Under the pieces are notes generated by a model. It was given only the letters and a program-made list of their open reading frames with translations. It was not told the origin of the DNA and did not search any database. A DNA stretch of 63,482 bases, the filler included, from Reticulomyxa filosa (Eukaryota; Protista; Foraminifera): the NCBI GenBank assembly GCA_000512085.1. It is 16 parts of 16 records of this genome, joined end to end, with 100 filler letters (N's around TTAATTAATTAA, not from the genome) between each part and the next. Parts side by side here need not be neighbours in the genome. Positions count along the whole stretch, not along the records: positions 1 to 14,213 come from ASPP01009919.1; positions 14,314 to 17,329 come from ASPP01023018.1; positions 17,430 to 26,303 come from ASPP01009058.1; 13 more parts are not named here. One strand, 5' to 3'. Position numbers and translations under genes: made by a program. Shown piece by piece: positions 10,474-20,689 of this stretch. The number at the start of each line of letters is the position of its first letter. Within the stretch, counting starts at the first letter, position 1.

Positions 10474-12933
10474 ATGCTCGCTCAATCATTTCAGATTAAT
10501 CCAGCAACAAAATCTAATATTTCACTGGTTTCAAAATCACCAGTTAATAGTCTGTTCAGTTTTTCAGAAGCACGCAGCAACACAACAAAAACGTGTGCAA
10601 AAGAGTCCCTGGCTGGATGCGTGGCATGATCCAATCGCACATTTGAAAACTGGAACAGGTAGAGCTATGACTGTGGATATAAGAAATGATGGGAATTATT
10701 CGTTTCTGGCAGTGGACGATTCAAAAAAGCTAAAAGTGTATCGAGGAACAAATTTGGTGGCCTCACACGCCCTATTAGATGAGACATCTAGTATTGCGTC
10801 GTTTTATCCGGAAACTAATCAAGACCCAGGAGTTGCCGTTTCTACTGGACCTAATGTGTACATCTATCGGAATTTACGACCCTACTCCAAATTTGTAGTA
10901 CCCACGCTCGAGATCAATAATGAAGAAGCTAAAATCTGGAGTACGTACCAGAAGGGTAATGCATTCCCTGCAGATCTATTGAGTTCTTTGCAGCACTTAC
11001 AAAAGTTTTCTTACCTTAACTTTTATATTATTCTTTTAATTTTTTTTTTTTTTTCAGTTTCGATCGTATTGTCTGATACTTGTGATGCAACATAGAGGAG
11101 AAACAGAGTTAACATTTCGATCCACTTTTATTTTGTCCATAACGGATTCCAAAGAACAACTGAAATTTATTGAAACGTACAAAACTGTTCCTTTGATTAC
11201 AAATGCAAGTTTTTTGTTGTTATTTGAGTCTGATTGATTGACCGACTCAAATAAAAGTAGCTTTCTTACTTAAAAAAAAAAATTTCGGTGCAACAGACAG
11301 TCATAACATGCATGACATCCATCAAAAAAGACACGGATGAAGAAACAGCTGCTTCTCAATTGGTTTTAGGTACAGAACACAACCAGATTTTATTTTTAAA
11401 TGTCACTGCCAGTGAAATACTAACAACGGTTATTTTGCCAGCGACGCCTGTTTTTCTTTATCCAATTGGCTTGTTTAGTGTCGATTATCGATTAGTTGTT
11501 GCTACCAGATCGTCGGCTGTTTACTCGATCAAAGTTAAACTCTTCCCGTGTTTATAGTGCGTAAACGAACGGATACAAAAACTTTTCTTTTTTTTTTTTT
11601 TGAAAAAAAAAAAGAATGGCAAAGTGTTAAACAATGCAATTTGTTTAGAAACCAGTATTTGTTGTATGACAGTGATCAATCAATTGATAATAATTGGCTG
11701 TATCAACCAAGTGCTATATGCCTACACTTTGAAAGGAACAAAGCAATTTTCCTTACATTTTAAACATCACATTACGTGTGTGGAAAGTATGAAAGGCCAA
11801 AAGTCACAAAATCGATCAGTTTTGTTCACTTGCTTTTTTTTTTTGGAAGAAAGGGAAAAGGGATGAAAGTTGTGATAACGTTAAACATGCTTTGCCATTG
11901 AAATGTCTCTCTGTTCAGTTGATTCTCGTGGGTTTGGCAAATGGTGAAGTTTGTTTATACGAACAAAATCATTTGATCAATGTTCTCCATTTCGAAGAGT
12001 CACCAATTACCTGTTTGAGTTTTGGGCGATATGGTAGGGAAGACTCGTCCTTAGTTGTGACCAATCAAAATGGGTCGATTTATGTTAAAATGTTGTCACG
12101 AAAAGGAATCCTTGCAGTTGTGTATCTCAAAAAAAAAAAAAAGAATAAATAATTTGAAAAATACAGATGTGACATATGTTTGGAAACAGCCACTTTTGCA
12201 AAGTGGTCCACCAGACGAACAAGACAAACCCTTGGAATTGCCATCAATTTCGCAATTGTACATTGACCAAACAAAACGAGAAATTGAAAATGCTGAGGGT
12301 TACATTTATTTATATTTATATATATTTTTTTTTTTTGTATTAGACATTAACCGAAGTAAATGATTAAATATGTTTGCACGATAGAAATGCATCGGACATT
12401 CCAAAAATCGATTGTTCGATTTCGATTACAAACAGCACAGGAATACGTGAAGGTGCTAAGCAAAGGCCAAAGTCCGGTGACCAGAATTGGGGAACACAAT
12501 CTTGCTCTGAATATCGGTGTCAGTGGATTGGGTCCTAACTTTGCTTTGATCATTGATATCAAAAACATGGGCAAGGAGCCCTTGTATACCTTGCATATTT
12601 TGGCTTCATTTGATCATTTGATTTATGCAATTCCCAAACCTGTGATTTCAGTTTTGTAGTTTATTTTGCATTTTATCACTGCTTTGTATCTCTTTTTCAA
12701 GCCACTTTCCCCCCCCCCCCCTTCCTATCTGTATGTATGCACATTGCACACAGATCCCGTTCATGATACCTGCGCTGGCGTACAAATACAAAATGAATGT
12801 TAAATGTATCGATCCCACTGGTGCAGCTTCGCCGATACATTTATGTGTTGCGCCGGCAGATACACAACAGCACTTTTCTTGGTTACATGCGATAGTAGAT
12901 ATGCCTGTTTCTGATGTCAATGAGCTTAACTAA
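10474..12933 (+). CDS. BBS1: Bardet-Biedl syndrome 1 protein (BBSome subunit), multi-exon
   Basis: WLDAWHDPIA, LKVYRGT, VAVSTGPNVYIYRNLRPYSKF, TVITCMTSIKK..SQLVLGTE, FGRYGREDSSL, GPPDEQDKPLELP..YIDQTKRE, EMHRTFQK, VSGLGPNF are BBS1 hallmarks. Start at 10474 requires a 25-nt first intron (inferred). Confidence 0.93.
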
Positions 12934-13294
12934 GCCTTTTCAATTCGTCTTATATACTTTTATTTTGTCTTGGATCCAACTAACTTTGTGCATTCAAAAG
13001 TTATCTAACTAATTTAATCCTATTTTTATTTAAAAATTTTTGAAAATCTAAAAATATTTTCGTGTCAAGTATTATTCTCACTGCTATGATATGGACTTTG
13101 CTTTCTCTTTATTTGATTTTTTGCATAAAGATCACAACTTTTCTCAATACTCCATATATCAATTTGTTGCAAAATAGTGTAGATATACAATGTCACACTT
13201 CGACTGTTTCAGGTAGAAAAAATGGATGATTCGATTACAATAACCGAGAGTACTTTTGTTGGGGAGGTAAACTTGTCTCAAGTGAAATTCAACA

Positions 13295-14029
13295 ATGGAG
13301 AAAACCATTTTCCTAACATGTGTTTTATTTGCATATTTTGATTTGTTCACTCTTTCAGTGCATTCATTAGTAGTGAATGATCTTGTGATCCCGGTTTGTC
13401 CAACAAACATAACGTTATCAAATTTCAGTCTGTCGTCAGGAAATGGTTTTCCAACCTACGACACAAAGGTCGAGCTGTGTCAACAACAAAGCAGTACTCC
13501 GAATGTGTACGATTTGTTTGTAAAATTTGACATGTTCGACGAAAATCCGTCTTCTCCATACACGAAATGCAACCAACCGTTGTATGAATATGACTCAGTG
13601 GAAATGTTTATTGCCGCATATAATCCAAACGACAATGAAAATATGTATCCAACTACATATTTTGAATTTGAGATGAATCCAAACGGGGCATTGTTTGCGA
13701 GTTTGATTACCAATACTTGTGACGATTGTTCTTGCATTACCGGAGTATTACAGAGTTGTACAAATACCAATGATATTCCATACTACCAAGCACAAATTTA
13801 CGACAACAACTCCTGGTCAGCTGTCTTAGTTGTGTCTGTTCAATGGATTACAGAAAACACTTATCCGAATGCAACCAATATTGAGGAAACACATCTGAGA
13901 GCCAATTTTTATCGAATTGACGTTTTAAACAATGGCGAAGAGTACGAATATTCGTCATGGAATCCGACTTATAAAGACCCACCTTGTTTTCATGTCCCAA
14001 GTTCATTTGGATACTTTTCCCTTAGCTGA
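13295..14029 (+). CDS. Secreted CBM9-like/DOMON-like carbohydrate-binding protein, intronless
   Basis: 244-aa ORF, hydrophobic N-terminal signal; DSVEMFI..YFEFEMNPNG..WSA..LRANFYRID..YSSWNPT..FHVPSSFG resemble the CBM9-like family. Confidence 0.75.
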   Translation: MEKTIFLTCVLFAYFDLFTLSVHSLVVNDLVIPVCPTNITLSNFSLSSGNGFPTYDTKVELCQQQSSTPNVYDLFVKFDMFDENPSSPYTKCNQPLYEYDSVEMFIAAYNPNDNENMYPTTYFEFEMNPNGALFASLITNTCDDCSCITGVLQSCTNTNDIPYYQAQIYDNNSWSAVLVVSVQWITENTYPNATNIEETHLRANFYRIDVLNNGEEYEYSSWNPTYKDPPCFHVPSSFGYFSLS

Positions 14030-14213
14030 TCAATTTTTTTTAGTGGAAAAAAAAAAATGACTTATTGAATTTTGATGTTGTACAAAAGCGTAGTATCTGT
14101 TGATAGAATTGAGCAATTTACACGTGTTTTTTTTTTGCATATTGGTTCAAATTAATTTTGGTAATGTATCCAAAACTTCAATTGACAATCGCAACAAAAC
14201 AGTTTTGTGAGAA

Positions 14214-14313
14214 NNNNNNNNNNNNNNNNNNNNNNNNNNNNNNNNNNNNNNNNNNNNTTAATTAATTAANNNNNNNNNNNNNNNNNNNNNNNNNNNNNNN
14301 NNNNNNNNNNNNN
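14214..14313. other. Artificial contig spacer (first of 15)
   Basis: 100-nt N-run/TTAATTAATTAA/N-run; also at 17330, 26304, 33903, 35500, 36600, 38369, 39803, 41718, 42955, 44087, 53288, 55242, 60238, 61597. Confidence 0.99.
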
Positions 14314-14520
14314 GGATCAATTGACAATACAATTCGTTTTTGGGATATTCGATCAAAGAAGAATCAACTGTATATGATCAAAGGAGATGAGAAAGAAGAT
14401 CGTGGAGTATTTTGTCTTAAATTTATTGAATTGAAAAAGAAAGATAATACAAATAATGTTACATATGATTTGAATTTGTGTTATGGTTTATACAAAGGTT
14501 CCATTCGTATTTGGGGATAA
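14314..14520 (+). CDS. WD40-repeat protein, C-terminal fragment (expanded family)
   Basis: GSIDNTIRFWDIRSKKNQLYMIKGDEKEDRGVFCLKF..LCYG..GSIRIWG*; close paralogue of 43623-44086. Confidence 0.85.
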   Translation, partial: GSIDNTIRFWDIRSKKNQLYMIKGDEKEDRGVFCLKFIELKKKDNTNNVTYDLNLCYGLYKGSIRIWG

Positions 14521-14959
14521 TTTTCTTTTTATCGAATAAGAAATGAAAGTATTCTTGTTTGAAAGTGTTAATTAAAAGAAAAATAAGGTGATATTAAACT
14601 TGTTTGGTTGAACCCAAACATTAAAAGATGTATTCTATCTTATTTTGTGTTTAAAAAATTGAAAAAGGTGCATTCAATGTTTTTTATAGAATCCAAAAAC
14701 ATAAATGAAAATGTTATTCAAATGTCAAAATAAATTGCAAGATATTTCAAGTATTATGTTTTTTTTATTGCAAATCACAAAAACGAAAATGAGTGACGCA
14801 GTAATAATCAAAAAATCTTCTTTAGGACAAACAAAAATGAAAAAGGAAACATACAAAATCAAAATAATTAAATTGAAAGATAGCAAAAACCAATTTTTTT
14901 ATTAAGAAAAAAACAATTACAAACTTGGAAATTTTTTAGTATCATGACTTTATTCAAAT

Positions 14960-15190
14960 GGAAGACCAAGAATTTTTTAGATCTCCAAATGCAACTTACT
15001 TACCATCAGAAAAAAATAATAATAGTATATTTGCGGTTCAAATGTTTAAACTCTTCATCAGACTTTACACTCCATCTCCTTATTTTTTTTCCCAATGTTA
15101 CATCCCATAATCGTATTGTTTCATCCTTAGAGCATGAATCATTTTACCATCTTATAAAAACTGAGTACAAATGTACATCGTATTGTGTGA
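14960..15190 (-). pseudogene. Decayed WD40 repeat fragment
   Basis: SCSKDETIRLWDVTLGKKIRR resembles the last repeat (SCSRDKTVRLWDVESGKKIRK) of the gene at 15436-16328. Confidence 0.55.
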
Positions 15191-15435
15191 TAATAAGAAA
15201 TTTTACCTAAATTTATTAAATGCAAAAAAAACACTAAATAAGTTTCTATTTTAATTTCAAGAAATTTGTGATGTATTCACTGCCATCTTTGTATTGAGAC
15301 ATAAGTAAAATACAAATATGTCAAAGTTCAATATCATGTAATGAAAAATTTCACTTCAGAAAATTATATTAAAAAAAAACACAATAAAAAAATTACTTCA
15401 ATTCCTACATCTTAAAAAAAATAATTTTGTTACTT

Positions 15436-17329
15436 TTATGAATGTAATAATCCCCAGATTTGGATATTACAATCACTAAAGCCTACTATAATTTTATTTC
15501 CATTTTGAGAAACATCCACACACTTCACAATGGAATTTCCGTTCAATTTTCGTATTTTTTTCCCTGATTCTACGTCCCACAATCGAACTGTTTTATCTCT
15601 TGAACATGATACAATCGTTTTACAATCTGGAAAATATTGTATATCGTCCACAGTATTTGTGTGTTTTTTAAATATTTGCAATTCTGTTTCTGTTTCAATA
15701 TTCCATATTCGAACTGTACTATCAAAGGAGCAGGATGCAATAAGTTTGCCATCTGGAGAAAATCTTGCACGTGCTGCACCATTAGAATGTCCTTTGAATC
15801 GCTTCAATATTTTACCAGATTCTACGTTCCACAGAATAATTGTTTTATCACCTGATGCTGATACAACCATTTTACCATCTGGTGAAAATTGTGTACTAAA
15901 TACACCTGCCGAATGTCCTAATAATTGACTCTTTTCTATTCCAGAATGTATATCCCATAATCTTATTGTTTTATCTTTAAAACCTGACACAATATATCTT
16001 CCATCTGGAGAAAAGTCTACATCCCATATCTGATCAAAATCTCCTTCTAATTTCATTATCTCAGTTCCTGTATTAACATCCCATAATCGAATTGTCCCAT
16101 CACCTGAACATGAAACAACAGTATGTCCGTCTGGTGAAAATCTCGCAGTAAAGACACCATTAGTATGTCCTTTGAGAATTTGAAGTTTTTTCCCGACGAA
16201 ACATCCCATATTTGGACAGTATTATCATATGATGCTGAAACAATCTTGCGGCCATCTCCAGAAAATCTTACACTGCTAACTTCTTTGTGATGTCCTTGCA
16301 AAACCATTAATAATTGATGGCCTTTTACCTATTTGAAAATGCAAATTATGTAATTTGCAATCATTTATATACAAAAAAAAAAAAATATTGCTTAACATAG
16401 TCTATAACAATTTTGTTAAAATCATCAATCCATCCTAATTTTATCTTTAAAACTCGAGTCCAATATTGAATAATACATTTTATTTCATTTGTTGACTGTT
16501 CATTATTTATTATTTATGTAATATAATTTATTTCTAATTTGACCACCAAAAAATAAATAAACAAATCATTACCAATTGCAGAGCATCCCATACACTTGCT
16601 TTCATGTGAGTTGATACTATTTCCCTTGTATAATTTTTCCTCCAACAATGTGTATATGATTGTCACTTCGCTTAGTATTGCAGGACAATTCTCTAATGGA
16701 CTGGGTAAAACGTTTTCAAATGTCTTCCATTTTTTTTTTGAATTGAATACTTGTGCACTAATTTTGAAACAGCAGTTTTACTAATATTCCACCCACCAAA
16801 GAAAAAGATGACATCATTGATACACACACACGCATATCTAAATAATGACGCAACGTCACCACAAACAGGTAGTTTATGAAATTGAAAAGTGTTACTATTT
16901 TCATTATATTCAATTGCTAGTCCTGTATCTTTATGAAACAAAAACATTTGAAAATTTTGATTATTTTTTTCTTTATTTGTGTTTATCTTTTCTTGTCCTT
17001 GTTCATTTGCTGACTTTGATACAAAGCAATGATATTCAATATAATTATTAGTTGGTAAAGTATTACGTTTAATAAATTGAAATTTACTTAAATCAAACAC
17101 ACTGATATTATGATAAAGATAAGTGATAAATAACAAATTATTGTTACTTCCACCAATCACTGCACGCGCTCCTTCATACATACAATCTTTTCCAATGATA
17201 ATCGGAAATTATTACTGTCTGTAAAAGGAACCCATTGATTGCATTTGTTTAATTCATCTAATTCCTTTGATTCATTGTTTTCATTACTCCAAATACTTAC
17301 ATAGTTCATTACCAATGTGTGTTCATATC
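15436..17329 (-). CDS. Kelch-like beta-propeller + conserved linker + WD40 propeller fusion; frameshifted (pseudogene or sequencing errors); 5' truncated
   Basis: Kelch-like part 17329-16573 (GARAVIGGSNN, YACVCINDVIFFFGGW, HIVGG); linker exon 16495-16397 (EIKCIIQYWTRVLKIKLGWIDDFNKIVIDY); seven GH..WD repeats 16328-15436; phase-0 GT..AG joins; frameshifts near 16735, 16668, 16188. Confidence 0.75.
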
Positions 17330-17429
17330 NNNNNNNNNNNNNNNNNNNNNNNNNNNNNNNNNNNNNNNNNNNNTTAATTAATTAANNNNNNNNNNNNNNN
17401 NNNNNNNNNNNNNNNNNNNNNNNNNNNNN

Positions 17430-17480
17430 ACATCAACATCGACATCAACATTGACATCAACATTGACATCAACATTGACA
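17430..17480 (+). repeat. Short tandem repeat (ACATCA/ACATTG)n encoding Thr-Ser-Thr-Leu
   Basis: Visible 6/12-nt periodicity at contig start. Confidence 0.8.
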
Positions 17481-18510
17481 CCATCAACAAAGCCGACAAA
17501 TGAGGAAAAAAAACAAGAGGAAATGCCGCAGACAGCGACGACAAGTCCGAGCAAGGCCAGCAAAGACGTAGAGCCGGATTGGATGATAGCACGCAGAAAG
17601 AAGCTGCAGCGGCAGAGACAGGCAAAGAGCAAGCCCGGCGGCATGTCGTCGAGCACGCGTTCGCAGCCATACTACGTGGAGCCACAAAACTCGCGCTCGT
17701 TGCTTTGGATAGCGGGACTGTTCTTCATCAAGCACTTGCCCAATCACGCGCAAAAGCTCAGCTTTGTTCTCATTTCGCGGCCTGCACGACTTGAAATCAG
17801 GTTTGGTTGTTTGCAAAAACAATTGAAAGTGAGTCACTCAGGAGTAACTGCATGTCATATATAACATATACATATACATATATGTAGACATATATCCAGT
17901 AGAAGCCCCGTGTTGTTGTCGTATATGCAAATGGAACAATGGCTGACTTGCGACTACGATAGCGGCTTTAAGTTTTTGTCGAATTGCTTAGACAAACCCA
18001 GCGCGGTGATACTGAAGCCGCCCAAGGCGGTGGGCTATTGGTGCGAGTATGGCGAAAACAAGGGGCCCGAGGTGTATAAGTCGCGCTTGGAATGGGACTT
18101 GGAAGTCCAAGAGAAAATCAATCCCATCAACGACTTGACCGCGGAACAGTTTGACAAAGAAATCGAACACGCGGTCCAAATCTCGGAAAACATTAAGAAA
18201 AGCAAACTTCACTCGCCCTACGAAAATCGCTTTGCCAAAAAAAGAAACTTGTTCGAAGCCACTAGCAGTTTCTCTCTCGAAACTTTTGTTTACCACAAAT
18301 CCATCACTGATAATAACGCTAGTATTGTTGCTTTTTTTTTTTTTGTTGGTGGCAAATGAATGTGATGATGCGAAAGCGGACTTGAGTGACGATACAATGG
18401 TACAGGCTTTGAATACGTTTGAAAGTGGGCACAACACAAGCACAGGCTCAAGCATGGGCTCAAGCAATTCGATCAGCGGCGAAACCAATCACATCGACAA
18501 CCGAACGTGA
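17430..18510 (+). CDS. Hypothetical protein, 3' part, GC-richer exons
   Basis: Long open frames 17430-17800 and ~17890-18320 with coding-like composition, joined by a GTT..TAG intron containing a TA microsatellite; no family recognised. Confidence 0.55.
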
Positions 18511-19619
18511 GTTGGAGGTCACTGTTGGAAGAGGGGGGGGGGGGAGGGGGAGGGAAGATTACAAAGAAACGGGCGCTGCTCGTGCAAGACACACCTTACA
18601 ACACGTGATACTCTCATTTGAGAGTGATGAGTACAGGCAGAGTTGTAATTCGGAGGGAGGGAAGGCGTAAGCAGAGGGAAATAATCATCATCATCATCAT
18701 TATCATAGACACATAATGATTTACAAAAATTTTTTAAAATTTTTCCTTTAAAAAAAAATGTTTCAAAGTTTTTTACAACTTTTCAAAGTATAGGCCACTA
18801 CTACGCTCCTACTTCCAACTGCTTATCACATAGATATTATCTAAATTTGTCAAATAATTGATAAATGTTTGAATTAAAATATATAAAAATATTAAAACAC
18901 AAACACTTGTTAAAATCTATTACACCTTTTATCCTACCTTAAAATATTTAACTTCGAATAACTCTAAGTAACAAACAAAATACTATAATGTTTTGTGGGA
19001 AAAAAAAATGAAACAAAAACCAGAAAGTCATTTATTGTAAGAAACATATTTCAGAATTTACATCGACTAGCATTCATTATATATTGTTCATTGTTATTGA
19101 TTAATACTTACTTCAATACAAAACTCTTGTAAGTTTCTTTAACAAAATAATTAAGCTATTAATTAAAATCTTTTTCTTTTTTTCACTTGACGACACTTAC
19201 AATTGATTTTGCTGATCTTTATAATACAAATTCAATAATATTGGTTTTTTTTAAATACAAGACTACAAGTTTTATGAATACATGTATAAATCTTTATCTT
19301 TATTATATCAACCACAAATATATAACATATATAAGCTACATAAACCAATAAAAACATATTTGTCTTATTGATATATGTTGATATATTGAGTATTTTCATT
19401 AGTTTTTTTACTTAAATGCAAATATATCCATAATGAAAAAAGATAACTACGTAAATACATTTGAATGTTTTATTACATTTTAGTTAAATGTACTTTTTGA
19501 TTATTTTCATCTGGTAAAAATCAATTAAACTAAAATATTTATTTTTAGTTTAGAATTGACTTAAAAATTATCAATTTAAATTTTTTAAACGACACAATAT
19601 AAGAAAAAATTAGTATAAA

Positions 19620-20240
19620 ATCAATTGAATACAGAAAAATAAAGCTTGTAAAAATGTTATAAAAAAAGGATTGTCTTATCGAAAGATAAAGCAAGAAACT
19701 GTAATTAATATTGTAAAAATAAGCCAAATTAAGAGAAAAACAGTAATTCGATTTAATGCGAACCTTCAAAAACACAAAATGGACGTCACAAAAAAAAGAC
19801 ATTAGATGCGAAAGAAAGTTGATACGTTTACTAGCATCTGATAAATGTTCTATAGCCACTGTAATGAAGAAAGAAATAGAAAATGATAGTTCTTTCAATC
19901 ATATATCTGTTGAAGATTAAAAATAAAAAAACCATATTTTAAGAAAATACATAGCCAAAAATGTTTAACATTTGCTGTCAATTATATAAATTGGACAATT
20001 AAAGAATGGAAGAAAATATTTTGGCCAAACGAAAGTAAGTTAAGTGTTTTATGCTCAAATAGGAGGCAGTATTGTTGGAGAAAAGTTTAGAACCAATTCA
20101 AGATCGTCATGTAATTCCAACAATAAAGCATTGTGTATGACTTTTCATGACCTGGTGCTTTATGACTTGTTATATAGTCAGTTTTTTGTGCAAAATCGAT
20201 AATACTCTAGATGCTGCATTGTATCAAACAATTATAGTGT
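19620..20240 (+). mobile_element. Decayed Tc1/mariner (IS630-Tc1) transposase
   Basis: GLSYRKI..GRHKK..ERKLIRLL..KKPYFKKIHSQKCLTFAVNYINWTIKEWKKIFWPNESK..QYCWRK..PIQDRHVIPTIKHCV*LFMTW..LCKIDNTLDAALYQTII follows the Tc1 consensus (WxxVIWSDESK..TVKHGGGSxMVWG..IDGxMxAxxYxxIL), with stops and frameshifts. Confidence 0.85.
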
Positions 20241-20689
20241 TTTTAGAAAAAGTAGGTGTACGTAATTGATAATTTTGAAAATGAAATATATTATAAATTA
20301 TCAACATCAAAATCAAAAAATTGCATATTTCTAAAGTATAAATATAAGATATAAATTTTCAGAAAATTATCTTTTTTATTATGGATATATTTGCATTTAA
20401 GTAAAAAAACTAATGAAAATACTCAACATATCAACACTTTTGACCGCAAATGTAATACATTGCTATTTGCAATAATTGTTTATATGAAACGTAACATAAA
20501 CAGTCAATTAACACATATACATTATTCACAAATTATAAATACAAAAATGGCATATTGCATTTTATTTATTTCTATAAAAATATTATTAAAATATTTCTTT
20601 TTACCATTTGCATCATTGTTATATTGATCATATGACACTTTAGATATTCAAATAAAACAAATATTGTAATCCTTGTACTTATACATTCT

